Shown here in pieces: positions 7,913 through 16,998 of a stretch of DNA of 35,299 nt. Made by a program: the position numbers and the translations under genes. Every line of letters begins with the position of its first letter. Position 1 is the stretch's first letter. Source of the stretch: a virus (taxonomy: Duplodnaviria; Caudoviricetes); IMG/VR virus record IMGVR_UViG_3300028585_000051, positions 1 through 35,299 of that record; one strand, 5' to 3'. The notes below the pieces were generated by a model, which was not told the origin of the DNA, searched no databases, and was given only the letters and a program-made list of their open reading frames with translations.

Positions 7913-8410
7913 TCATTTCCCTTTCAGTTGAAGTTGCTCGCGACGGAACTGCAGGTATTCCTGTTCGTTCTGCGCAATGAATTCGGCCTCGATCTCATCG
8001 ACGTCGGTTTTGTGTGTGCCGTGCACGGTCAGCCAGCGGCAGTCAGTGACCGCGAACACTGCGCGCTTCGTGCCAGGTGGCGACACTTCCATATGGCCTG
8101 GTAACACTCGCTTCGGTCCGGCGTCGGTCAGGACCAGCAGCTCGCCTTCCAGGAGCACGTTGAGGCTCTCGTGCTTGTGAATCTTCCCAGTGGCCACGGT
8201 GCCGGCCGGTATCAGCAGCTCGCGTGCGTACACGCCATGCGAAAAGTGGTTCGTGACAGGCATCTCGACCGGCTCAAGCTCGCGTGCGATCGCCGCCTCG
8301 AGCGCGAATACGCGCGCATGGTCCAAACAGGTGGCTTGGGGTGGCGCCAGGCTAAAGCTGACGCGCGCCGGAGTGTGTGCCGCTACCGGCGCAAAGTTCA
8401 GTTGTTTCAT
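7913..8410 (-). CDS. Cupin-like phage protein
   Basis: HFSHGVYARELLIPAGTVATGKIHKHESLNVLLEG...SPPGTKRAVFAVTDCRWLTVH, a cupin-type His motif; start MKQLNF with an AGGA RBS. Confidence 0.7.
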   Translation of the reverse strand: MKQLNFAPVAAHTPARVSFSLAPPQATCLDHARVFALEAAIARELEPVEMPVTNHFSHGVYARELLIPAGTVATGKIHKHESLNVLLEGELLVLTDAGPKRVLPGHMEVSPPGTKRAVFAVTDCRWLTVHGTHKTDVDEIEAEFIAQNEQEYLQFRREQLQLKGK

Positions 8411-8445
8411 GGTGGTCCTATTCGATCGATGTTCTGCTGGTAGTT

Positions 8446-8724
8446 TCAGGCGCCCCCAAACCAGCTCCAGACCATGCCGTTGTAGACATAGAGGCCGTGG
8501 CCGCTGCCGGGGTCCCATAGCGTGCCGTCGGCATAACGAATGTCACCCTGGCGGACCTTCGTCGGCGGCGCATAGGTGACGTCGATATGGCCGTCCGCTA
8601 GGCGCTGTACAGCGACGGCGATCTTGTTGAACTCTTCCTCCAGGTACGCCGGAATGGCCGTGGGGTTGCTCGGCACCGGCCCTGGGGAATATTGAATCGT
8701 GCTGATGCTTGGGTTTCTCACCAT
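8446..8724 (-). CDS. Small tail-associated structural protein
   Basis: 92 aa, YSPGPVP...YLEEEFNKI...GDIRYADG...GLYVY; follows the tail hub gene. Confidence 0.7.
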   Translation of the reverse strand: MVRNPSISTIQYSPGPVPSNPTAIPAYLEEEFNKIAVAVQRLADGHIDVTYAPPTKVRQGDIRYADGTLWDPGSGHGLYVYNGMVWSWFGGA

Positions 8725-10289
8725 TTACTCCCGGCCTGAACGTCATAGTCGTAGCTCTCCAGCAGCCACTGCGCAGCCGTTCCCGATTCGATGCGCAGCG
8801 CTGGATAGCGGTAATCCACGAAGCAGTCACAGGCGATCGTCTCGCCGATAACGTGCTCCATCACGGCGTCCCATTCCGGTTCGCCGAATGGGTCGGTCTG
8901 GTGCCCGCCTACCTTCACGATCACCGTCTCGCCCTGGTTGCCGGTCACGCGCAGCCGCACGCCGCTGATGCGCTTCGTCATCGTGGCGTCGCCGAATGAC
9001 AGGCCGCGCCGCTCGAGGTAGGCCATGGGCAGCGTGCCGTTGAACGTCGCCGAGGCGTCGAGCAGCAGCAGCTGCGCGTCGTTGGACGCCATCAGCACCC
9101 TCGCGAGGTTCGGGACGAAGCCCGGCCCATTCCAGGATGAGATGTCGGTTTCCCAGGAGTCGCCGTCGGATGCCCAACTGTCGCTGAGCGTGCTGTTGAC
9201 CGGGCCGAATGCAGCATGGTTCAGGTTTGGGATGTCGCGGTAGCTGACCGTCTTGTCCACGTAATTCCAAACCATTGCCTTGTTCGGAACTGTGGCGCCC
9301 ACGCTCACGTAGCAGACGAACACCTCGTTCATGAACGGGTTCTTGAAGACGAATGCGCGATCGGTATAGGCGGTGTCCATGTCCTGGAACAGGGTCCGGC
9401 GCGCCACCTTGTCCAGAACCGAAACAGCCGACTGGCCGTCATGCACCACCACGTCGGAATTCGCCAGCACGAAGTGCACGCCGTCGAGCTCCACGATGCA
9501 GTTGCGGTTCATGGCGCCGGCGATGCCCAGCACCTTGCGGAAGCTGAACACGTAGGCGCCGCCGGTGTAATCCATGCGCCAGACCGACTGCTCCTTGTAA
9601 ATCATGAAGCTGTCGCGTAGTTGCAGGCCGTCGACGATGCGATCACCGCCCTCGGCCAGGTCATACTCGCCCGCGTCCTGCGTCGGGTCGCTCGGGTCCC
9701 ATGTAATCGGCACGCCGCCCGGATCGGCCGGCGATGACCACTTCACCATGTAGCCGAGATTCACCCCACCGCGTGTGATGTTCAGCGCGATCAGGAAGTT
9801 CTTGTAGGCGCGAAGTGACTTGCAGAAGGTGTTGGCCGGCCAGTTGTCCAGCGTCTGGAAGCGGCCCGCGATATCGAGGTTCCAGCGTTGCGGCGGGTCG
9901 ACCTCGTTCCCGGCGTTCAGGATCGGGATACCCGACAGCATGGTGCTGGTCCAGCAGTTCTGCTTACCGGTGTAATCGACGTCGGCGCCAGCAGTCTGGC
10001 GGGTCAAGTTCGTATGCACGGCAGTGCCGCCGACCACGGCCGCCGCGTAGATCTTGGTCGCGCCAGCGTAGATCCAGTAGCTGTTGCCGCTGATGTTGAG
10101 CTGCGCCACGTGGTAGGGCGTGATCGTTGGTGCGCCGTAGGCCGGACCGTGGCCAAAGAACTGGCGCGCGGCGCCGTCCAGGAAGCGCACGTTTTGCGCG
10201 TCCGTCCAGGCCGCCGGCGGCAGCTTCTGCTGCGTCAGGTCCTTGATCACGCCAATCGCGCCGGCGCTTTCGATGGTGACCTTAGACAT
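8718..10289 (-). CDS. Tail hub/nozzle (packaged-DNA stabilisation, P22 gp10-analogous) protein
   Basis: 523 aa, Trp- and beta-rich; GVIKDL..LPPAAWTDAQNVRF and VKWS..ADP...WD...DAGEYDL motifs; position in the tail module. Confidence 0.75.
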   Translation of the reverse strand: MSKVTIESAGAIGVIKDLTQQKLPPAAWTDAQNVRFLDGAARQFFGHGPAYGAPTITPYHVAQLNISGNSYWIYAGATKIYAAAVVGGTAVHTNLTRQTAGADVDYTGKQNCWTSTMLSGIPILNAGNEVDPPQRWNLDIAGRFQTLDNWPANTFCKSLRAYKNFLIALNITRGGVNLGYMVKWSSPADPGGVPITWDPSDPTQDAGEYDLAEGGDRIVDGLQLRDSFMIYKEQSVWRMDYTGGAYVFSFRKVLGIAGAMNRNCIVELDGVHFVLANSDVVVHDGQSAVSVLDKVARRTLFQDMDTAYTDRAFVFKNPFMNEVFVCYVSVGATVPNKAMVWNYVDKTVSYRDIPNLNHAAFGPVNSTLSDSWASDGDSWETDISSWNGPGFVPNLARVLMASNDAQLLLLDASATFNGTLPMAYLERRGLSFGDATMTKRISGVRLRVTGNQGETVIVKVGGHQTDPFGEPEWDAVMEHVIGETIACDCFVDYRYPALRIESGTAAQWLLESYDYDVQAGSKW

Positions 10290-10746
10290 CGAGCGCCCCC
10301 GCCATGATGAACAGCTGGTCGACCTCTGCCTCGGTCTTGCCCAGGGCTGCCGGGATGGCCAGCACCAGGTCGTGGTCGCGCGCCATGGTCAGCGCCTGCG
10401 CCATGTACGTGCGGGCCAGCAGCTGCTGCTTGGCCGGCATGGTGCCGATGTAGGCCTGCAGCGGCTCCCACCAGTCCATTTCGATCAGCACCAGGTGCGC
10501 ATTGAGCATCGGCACGCGCGCCGGAACCTCGACCAGCGGCGCCGGCGGCTTTTTCGCCACCAGCGCGCCGTCGCGCCACTCGTACAGCCCTGGCGCGAAG
10601 TCCGGGGGCAGTGTGGAGCTGACCATCTGCCAGCCGTCAATCGAACCGGCTGGGAAGATGACGTCGGGCGCACGGATTTCTTCGCCCATCATGGTGAAGG
10701 GGCCTGCCGCCAAGATGGCGACGCCCCGCACAAGTAGTTGCGTCAT
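10282..10746 (-). CDS. Tail-fibre-associated (assembly/chaperone-like) protein
   Basis: 154 aa immediately after the fibre; PPDFAPGLYEW...VPARVPM...LGKTEAEVDQLFIMA pattern typical of fibre-partner genes. Confidence 0.6.
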   Translation of the reverse strand: MTQLLVRGVAILAAGPFTMMGEEIRAPDVIFPAGSIDGWQMVSSTLPPDFAPGLYEWRDGALVAKKPPAPLVEVPARVPMLNAHLVLIEMDWWEPLQAYIGTMPAKQQLLARTYMAQALTMARDHDLVLAIPAALGKTEAEVDQLFIMAGALDV

Positions 10747-12896
10747 ACTGCGACCTCGAAGTTAAGAAGGCGGATTTGCAAGCCAGACGAAGCAATCAGG
10801 ATCAGCCGGCGCGGCGAGATCACCATAGGCGGATAAGCGCTGGGGCCGCCAACGGTAGGGGTTGAGATCGCCCCGCGCTTGATCGCACTTTCACCGCTCA
10901 GGCGGAACACTGGCAACGCTGAGATGCCGGCCGCAAACACCAGATAGTCGCCCTGGCTAGTACGAATCGATGGCGTCGAGAATGTCGCCACTTCTGGCGG
11001 AATCTCCGGCAAAGACTGCGCCACCCCAGCCGTGACAACATCCCCCACGATCCGGTGCGGGACCAGCGTAAAGTTGTTTGATGCACTCTTGAGCACAGCG
11101 ACGAAATCGGTTGTCGATCCAGTTGCGACGAAGCCAGTGTTAAATGTTCCGGACAAGATCGGCCCGCCAGTCAAAGTCCCGCTACTCTCCGTCAAAACCC
11201 ATGCCGTAGAGCCCGAGGCATTGCGATACCACAGCAGCACCTTATCGGATGCAACTGGATAGAGCCGTGGGTTGTAGCGGCTCGCGCCGTCCTCGTCAAT
11301 TCCGAGGCGCGGGGTGTTCGTGCTGATCGTGAAGGTGGGACCGAAGCTCGCAGTAGTGCCAGACACCGTAACCACAGAGGCCACGCCGGTGCTTCCAAAT
11401 GCCCCTGTTACGATGATCTTGTTGGCCGACAGCATGCAGGTCGAGGCAAGCACGGTAGAAGCACCGGTAGCGACTGTCCCCGGTGTGATGGTTGTCCCGC
11501 TTACGGATACTACATAGGCCTTGAGCGTGGTACCCGTGTTCGTGGAGTAGAGAACCAGGGCGGTTGTTGCAGTGAGGGGGTAGATCGATGGATCGCCCCC
11601 CGAATCCCCGGGAACCGTCGACGTTGCCCCGGTAGTGATCACGGTGCCATTGATCGAAAGCGCCGTTGTTTGCAGCCCATTTACGTTCATCAGCACGTAC
11701 GATGTCGGCGCAAGCTGGCAAATCTTGGGCATGCCCGTGTAAGTGCTGCCGTGGCTTACCGTTCCGATGTTGCCACGCGAGAGCGAATAATTCGGGCTCG
11801 CGCCGTCGAGCAGTATGACCACGGCCCTGTTGCTGGTGAATACGATGATGCGCGTTGCATCGATCTTGAACGCCAAGACCGGGGCCTGACCGGCAGTCGA
11901 GTCGATCACTACAGGGGTGCTGATGACCTTACCGAGATTATCAACCACGAACGCGGCATAGCCCCCGGCAGAGAGCCCCAGGAAATGAATGCTGGTGTTT
12001 GCATCCATCACGACATGGACCGGGTAGGCCGTTGTCGCATAGGTGCTGGAGAAGGTCTGGTCTGCCGTGATCGAGCCGGGTTCCAGGCCCGAACCAGTCA
12101 CTAGCCAGTCGCCAGCTGCAGCGCTGTTGCCACGCAGCAGAACCATCGCCACGCCGCCGGCGGCAACGGCCATCACCAGCGCGCCAGTATTGTCGCGGAT
12201 ACCGACGGTGAAGCCGCCCTTCGTGTTATCGATCACGTACAGCGGGCCGCCAGTGGTAAGCAAGGTGGCATTTGGCAGCGTAATCGACTTGCCGATCGAC
12301 GCCATCTGCACAGGCACAAATACGTAAGGATCGACCAGGATGACGTCAGTGGTCGCTACAGGCGCAACGGTCGTAATGCCTGGGAAGTCCCAGTAAGCCG
12401 TGGTGCCGTTGGTGCGCAAGAACTTACCCTTGTTGTTTGCCTGGGCAGGCAACACCGAGCTAAAAGCCAGCTGGTCAGCGTAGTTCTTGGTGATCGACAG
12501 AAGGCGGAATTCGGTACCGTTGTAGCACGCGGCGTAGATGACGCCCGGCGTCAGATCACCCTGAACCAGGTCAAGACCGTTCACGCTTTTGAGCGGCTTG
12601 CCTTCCAGCGCCGAGATCTTCATGGTCGACGCGCCGGTGTTCGCGACGGTCACGCCGAAGACGACGGTCATGCGGCGGCCGTAGCCGGCGATGGCGCGCG
12701 CCGGTGCAACGGTGTAGGCATTCGCTGCGCCGCCATCGACGCCCGTGCACATGATCGCGCCCTCGAAGCCGGCCAGGTCGTTCAGCAGCGAGGTCTTGAG
12801 GTTGCGGAGGTGGTCGTCGCCCTGGCTCTTGGGATCTCCTGGCGTCGGGTTCGTCGGGACTAGTTCGGAAATATGGTTGGCGGGTTCGAGGGGCAT
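10743..12896 (-). CDS. Tail fibre / receptor-binding protein
   Basis: 717 aa; N-terminal anchor LVPTNPTPGDPKSQGDDHLRNLK, LPAQANNKGKFLRTNGTTAYW linker, and a Thr/Ser/Val-rich, lower-GC repeat C-terminus. Confidence 0.85.
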   Translation of the reverse strand: MPLEPANHISELVPTNPTPGDPKSQGDDHLRNLKTSLLNDLAGFEGAIMCTGVDGGAANAYTVAPARAIAGYGRRMTVVFGVTVANTGASTMKISALEGKPLKSVNGLDLVQGDLTPGVIYAACYNGTEFRLLSITKNYADQLAFSSVLPAQANNKGKFLRTNGTTAYWDFPGITTVAPVATTDVILVDPYVFVPVQMASIGKSITLPNATLLTTGGPLYVIDNTKGGFTVGIRDNTGALVMAVAAGGVAMVLLRGNSAAAGDWLVTGSGLEPGSITADQTFSSTYATTAYPVHVVMDANTSIHFLGLSAGGYAAFVVDNLGKVISTPVVIDSTAGQAPVLAFKIDATRIIVFTSNRAVVILLDGASPNYSLSRGNIGTVSHGSTYTGMPKICQLAPTSYVLMNVNGLQTTALSINGTVITTGATSTVPGDSGGDPSIYPLTATTALVLYSTNTGTTLKAYVVSVSGTTITPGTVATGASTVLASTCMLSANKIIVTGAFGSTGVASVVTVSGTTASFGPTFTISTNTPRLGIDEDGASRYNPRLYPVASDKVLLWYRNASGSTAWVLTESSGTLTGGPILSGTFNTGFVATGSTTDFVAVLKSASNNFTLVPHRIVGDVVTAGVAQSLPEIPPEVATFSTPSIRTSQGDYLVFAAGISALPVFRLSGESAIKRGAISTPTVGGPSAYPPMVISPRRLILIASSGLQIRLLNFEVAV

Positions 12897-12899
12897 TGC

Positions 12900-13541
12900 T
12901 TATCCATTCATGAAGTTGCGGACGCCGCGGCCCAGCAGGCCGGCCAGCTCCGTGCGCAGCGGCGCAGCGGCGCGCGCGCGACTCTCGGTCGCGTTGATCT
13001 CTTTCACCGCCTGGCGGTACATCGCCTGCCAGATCATCATCGAGTCGTTGTCGCGGATGCGCGGCGCCGACTGCAGCAGCGCGCCGTACAGGTAGACATC
13101 GGGGTACTTGGTGAGCAGTGCATTGGTCGGAACGTCGTCGGTCAGGCGGAAGCCGCCGCGATAGCGGAGCGTCACCGGCCTGGCCACATCTGCCGGGCAT
13201 TCGAACGCCAATGACAGGCCATCGATCGCCCAGAAGCGAGGGCATCCAGGGGAATCGGTCACCGGCAGCGCCTCGGCCACCATGGCGGTCAACTCTTCAC
13301 GCGGCTGCGGTGCCGCCAACCACACCGCCAGTGGCGTGCTATACCCTGCTGGCAGCGGAACCGTGCGCTCGCCGGCGGGTAGCGTCAGCGCCACCTCGTT
13401 CTCCATCGCGCTCACATGGACGATCCGGTTTATGCTCGTTTCGGCTAGTGCGATGAAATCAGGCACCTGTGTAGCCAGGTCCTTGCGCTGCAGCCAGCCG
13501 GTAACTGCCGCCTGGAGTTCGGTGTAGTCGGCAAAGGGCAT
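12900..13541 (-). CDS. Head-tail adaptor protein
   Basis: YTELQAAVTGWLQRKDL...PDFIALAE...NALLTKYPDVYLYGALLQSAP motif of podovirus adaptors. Confidence 0.85.
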   Translation of the reverse strand: MPFADYTELQAAVTGWLQRKDLATQVPDFIALAETSINRIVHVSAMENEVALTLPAGERTVPLPAGYSTPLAVWLAAPQPREELTAMVAEALPVTDSPGCPRFWAIDGLSLAFECPADVARPVTLRYRGGFRLTDDVPTNALLTKYPDVYLYGALLQSAPRIRDNDSMMIWQAMYRQAVKEINATESRARAAAPLRTELAGLLGRGVRNFMNG

Positions 13542-13543
13542 GA

Positions 13544-13840
13544 TCAGGCCTTCTCAGCGGCCGCCACCAGCTCGGCCAGCTTCTCGGTGCCGATATTGCG
13601 GGCGTGTTCGATGCCCAACTCGGCGGCGCGGGCTTTCAGCGCGTCGCGGTCCAGCGATGCGGCGCCGGCAGGCTCATCGCCCTCGGCCGTGCTCGAGTCA
13701 TCGGTCTCGTTCGTGCGCGCGTTGTCCGCGTGCCAGTCGTCGTAGCCATCGGCGCGCGCGACTTCTTCCTGCTCGGCGTCGTCCACCAGCAACTGCTGGC
13801 CCGCCAGGTACAGGGCTTTCGGGTATTCGAGGAATTCCAT
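13544..13840 (-). CDS. Small protein with a C-terminal HeH/LEM-like domain after the capsid gene
   Basis: MEFLEYPKALY...acidic linker...DRDALKARAAELGIEHARNIGTEKLAELV; GGAG RBS. Confidence 0.7.
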   Translation of the reverse strand: MEFLEYPKALYLAGQQLLVDDAEQEEVARADGYDDWHADNARTNETDDSSTAEGDEPAGAASLDRDALKARAAELGIEHARNIGTEKLAELVAAAEKA

Positions 13841-13855
13841 GTGCTGCTCCATGAG

Positions 13856-13889
13856 AAAAGCCCCACCGGCTTGCGCGGGCGGGGCTTTT
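13856..13889 (-). terminator. Intrinsic terminator after the major capsid gene (bidirectional form)
   Basis: AAAAGCCCCACC...GGGCGGGGCTTTT inverted repeat. Confidence 0.8.
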
Positions 13890-13901
13890 GGGTGGCGTCG
13901 A

Positions 13902-15086
13902 TCAGTTCGACAAGATGCGGGCAGCCAACTGCGCGCGCAGGGTCTTGTAGCCGTACAGGACATCCAGGCGGCACGGGAAGGTGTCGTTGCTGATGTTGTA
14001 CTGGCGAACCATGCGCATCGAGATACCGTCGAAGGTTTCGCGCGCTTTCCAGTCCACGCCGTCAGGCATCACCAGGTCGGCGGTCGCGAAGGTGAACGCG
14101 TCCTTGTGGAATGCCAGGGAAGGGCGGTAGACCGCGCTGGCGCCGCCGATCTTCGCAACGGCAGCAGCATTACCTGGCGAAGCGGTGACATTCTTGCGAC
14201 CGCCGGTGGTGATGATCGCAGGAGCGATCTGCAGGCTGCCTGCGCCGCCAGCGAAGTCTGCGGTCACCACGAAGGTTTGCAGGTTGCCGGTGTCGACCTT
14301 GGTCTCCGGGTGCACGCGGTTGATGCCCAGGGTGATGACGTCACCTTTCTTAAAGGTGGCGGTGCCCGCGGTGATCGCGATCGAGGTGCCGGTCTGGTTG
14401 GCGCCAGATACGGTGTAGCCGGTGGCTGCCGCAGCGGTGCCGGTGGCCGAGCCGCCCAGGATGGTGTTTTCCATGATGTCGCCGAAACCGGCGGTCGTGC
14501 CCAGCACGCCTTCGCGGTACTGCTTGGCGATCTGGGTCGAATCCTGGAACAGGCCCTTCAGGTTGTCGATCGCATCGACGGTGTCCTGGGTATTCATCAG
14601 CAGGTTGCGGGTACCGCTCGGCGCCAGGCTGTCGGTCAGCAGCTTCTTGGCCAGCAACATCTGGCGCATGTTCAGCGTCGAGCCGATGTTGTTGACGACG
14701 TTATAGACGTCGTTGGCCATCGTCAGCGCATCGGCTTCGATGTTGGCGGCCAGGACCGAGACGGCCGGCTCGATGATGCGCGAACTGAAGTCGTCCAGCG
14801 ACATGGTCAGGTCGACCGCGGTGAAATTCAGGTCGACACCCTTCTGGGTGGTGACGTTCAGCTGCACCTTGTTCTCGACGGTGTCCTGCGGGACCATCGT
14901 AGCGCCATCACGGACGACGTATTCGTTCGGCAGGCGGATATCCAGCGATGCGCCGATCTTCGCGCCCGACTTCGCGAAGCGCGAGTCGTACTGGCGGTTG
15001 ATCGAACCGATGAAGTTGGCTTTTTGGTGCAGCACACGCAGGGCTTCGCGGGTGATGATCTGGGGGGTGAGCAGTGCGTTTGGCAT
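13902..15086 (-). CDS. Major capsid protein, P22 coat family
   Basis: MPNALLTPQIITREALRVL...INRQYDSRF...KIGASLDIRLP...LAFHKDAFTFATADL...CRLDVLYGYKTLR. Confidence 0.93.
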   Translation of the reverse strand: MPNALLTPQIITREALRVLHQKANFIGSINRQYDSRFAKSGAKIGASLDIRLPNEYVVRDGATMVPQDTVENKVQLNVTTQKGVDLNFTAVDLTMSLDDFSSRIIEPAVSVLAANIEADALTMANDVYNVVNNIGSTLNMRQMLLAKKLLTDSLAPSGTRNLLMNTQDTVDAIDNLKGLFQDSTQIAKQYREGVLGTTAGFGDIMENTILGGSATGTAAAATGYTVSGANQTGTSIAITAGTATFKKGDVITLGINRVHPETKVDTGNLQTFVVTADFAGGAGSLQIAPAIITTGGRKNVTASPGNAAAVAKIGGASAVYRPSLAFHKDAFTFATADLVMPDGVDWKARETFDGISMRMVRQYNISNDTFPCRLDVLYGYKTLRAQLAARILSN

Positions 15087-15103
15087 TTATGACTCCAAGA
15101 ATG

Positions 15104-15128
15104 AAAAAAGGCCCGCCGAAGCGAGCCT
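15104..15128 (-). terminator. Intrinsic terminator between scaffold and capsid genes
   Basis: Minus strand AGGCTCGC-TTCG-GCGGGCCT followed by T5. Confidence 0.75.
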
Positions 15129-15149
15129 ATGGAAGGGTTGGTTACTGTT

Positions 15150-16028
15150 TTAGCGTTGGCCGCGAACCTGTTTGTTGCGCTGGGCCATCCAGTCATCGAC
15201 TGGTTGTTTGGCCGGATCGACCTTCGCGCTTGCCCGGGCCGCACCTACGCGGGTTACCGGGGCCGGCGGTGGGGTCGGCGCCTTGGGCTTCGTGGACTGC
15301 TTTGCCACAAGCTGGGTGAACTTTTCGGCCTGGTCGATGATCTTGAACAGGGCCGGGTGCTGGATCAGCACCTTGGCCAAGTTCTGGTCGACCGTCAGGC
15401 CTGCCGAGGCGGCGTAGGTGTTGAGCGCCTTCGCACGTTCCGGCGTCCAGCCCGGGACTTCACGCTGCACATACGCTTCCGCTTCCTGGACTTGCTTGGC
15501 AGTTGCCTGCTGCTCGTTCAGTGCATGCTCGTTCTGTTTCTGCGTGACGGATTCGGCCGCCACCTGGCGCTCGCGCTGGAGCGTCTGGAGGCGGATTTGA
15601 AGCTTCTGGACGGTAACCGGGTCCTCGTCGCTCAGACGGTCCCAGTCGATGTCCTTGAACTTCGCAAGTTCGTCGTCCAGGGCGTGAACCTTGGCGATTT
15701 CCTTGATGAACTGCTGCTGCTGCGCGGCCGACTGCTTTACCTGCTCGCGCTCGGCCTCGATGGCTTTGCGCTCGGCAGCGACCGCCTGGGTCTTTTGCGT
15801 GTAGTCGGCGTTGCGCATCGTGCCGGCTTTGATCTCGGCGGCGATGCTCTTGGGCATGGCGACCTTCTTGCCGCCGATCTCGATTTCCTCGTCCTCTTCG
15901 GCTTCCTCTTGCGAGCCCGAATCGGCCTGGTCGTCGTGTTGGTCCGCTGCCTGATCGTGTTCCTCGGCGGCGGCATCGTGCGCGGCGTCGGAATTCGGCA
16001 GTTCTGCCGATTGTTCCAGTTCGTCCAT
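15150..16028 (-). CDS. Scaffolding protein
   Basis: From MDELEQ (GGAG RBS): acidic N-terminus, NADYTQKTQAVA motif, coiled coil, Pro-rich linker and basic C-terminal helix; directly upstream of the coat gene. Confidence 0.85.
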   Translation of the reverse strand: MDELEQSAELPNSDAAHDAAAEEHDQAADQHDDQADSGSQEEAEEDEEIEIGGKKVAMPKSIAAEIKAGTMRNADYTQKTQAVAAERKAIEAEREQVKQSAAQQQQFIKEIAKVHALDDELAKFKDIDWDRLSDEDPVTVQKLQIRLQTLQRERQVAAESVTQKQNEHALNEQQATAKQVQEAEAYVQREVPGWTPERAKALNTYAASAGLTVDQNLAKVLIQHPALFKIIDQAEKFTQLVAKQSTKPKAPTPPPAPVTRVGAARASAKVDPAKQPVDDWMAQRNKQVRGQR

Positions 16029-16066
16029 GGGTAAAGCTCCAGTGATGCGGCCGAAGCCGCGGTTGA

Positions 16067-16990
16067 TCAGCCGACGGATTGCTCGGCTGCGGAAATAGTG
16101 AAGGTGCCGCTGACCGGGCACAGGATGAAACTGGCCCCGATGGGCAGGTTGATGCCGTATGGAGCGCCGACGACCTGGTTTAGCGCCAGGCCGATGGTGA
16201 GAGCGCCAGTGTTCCCGTTCGTCCAGTTCGCGACGACCGCGCCGCTCGCGCAGGTCAGCGGCGCTACGCCGATCCGGGCTTGCAGCAAACACGTGCTGCC
16301 GCCAGCCAAGCTCAGCGAGGCCGAGCAGGATGGGCTGACGGTTACGGTTGCGGCCTTGGCCGGGTTGATGGCCTGGTACGCGGTCGACAGCACGATGGTT
16401 CGCGCCGCCGGCACGCCGAAGTTGAACGTGTAGGTCGTCGTCGGCTTGTCAGTCAGGTCGTTGTAGCTGCCACTGATCGCGACGGCGGCGAAGGCCGGAC
16501 GACCCTGCAGGTCGACGTAGCTGCCCGAAATGGCCACCGGCGAGAACGTCGGACGACCCGTTAAGTCCGACCAGTCACCGCTGAACAGTGCGGGCTTGCC
16601 CACGACGTCTGCCCATGCAGCGGTGAGCGCGAGCGGCGCCAGCCCGGTCAGGTCGGTCGCTTCGCCGGTCATCGCCACCGTCTTGAGCGTCGGCTTGTTC
16701 AGGATCTGCGCCGCGCCGGTGGTGGCGTTCCAGTCCGGATTGACCTGGGCCGGAATATTCGCCGCCAGCACGCCGTTACTTGCCACCAGGCCGGCGCCGA
16801 CAGTCAGGTACGACGGCAGCTTCGTGGCGTGGTTCCAGATCAGCAGGCCATCGCTTGGCGGGTTGTCCAGCGTACGGGCCGCGTTGCCAGTGTCAGCGCT
16901 GTTGCGTTGCGTGACGATGATGCTGTTCGGGCCAGCCAGCGCGAGGCCGGCCAACGCCCACATCAGGGCGCCGAGGATTGCTTTCTTCAT
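16067..16990 (-). CDS. Repeat-containing fibre-like protein with an N-terminal signal peptide, between portal and scaffold
   Basis: MKKAILGALMWALAGLALA, then QVNPDWNATTGAAQILNKP and several (V/L)AxSGSYxDLxxKP-type repeats, then a Cys-containing beta-rich C-terminal domain. Confidence 0.8.
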   Translation of the reverse strand: MKKAILGALMWALAGLALAGPNSIIVTQRNSADTGNAARTLDNPPSDGLLIWNHATKLPSYLTVGAGLVASNGVLAANIPAQVNPDWNATTGAAQILNKPTLKTVAMTGEATDLTGLAPLALTAAWADVVGKPALFSGDWSDLTGRPTFSPVAISGSYVDLQGRPAFAAVAISGSYNDLTDKPTTTYTFNFGVPAARTIVLSTAYQAINPAKAATVTVSPSCSASLSLAGGSTCLLQARIGVAPLTCASGAVVANWTNGNTGALTIGLALNQVVGAPYGINLPIGASFILCPVSGTFTISAAEQSVG

Positions 16991-16998
16991 GTTCACCT

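Noticed and set aside
10743-12896. Diversity-generating retroelement or invertible tail-fibre system
   Set aside because: No reverse transcriptase, no template/variable repeat pair, no invertase and no inverted fibre cassettes in the window.
13839-15092. 417-aa plus-strand ORF (also 16978..18570, 18859..19977, 15129..16034, 2002..3108, 7038..7931)
   Set aside because: Antisense shadows of well-supported high-GC3 genes (coat, portal, TerL, scaffold, lysis, transfer protein); no RBS or motifs.
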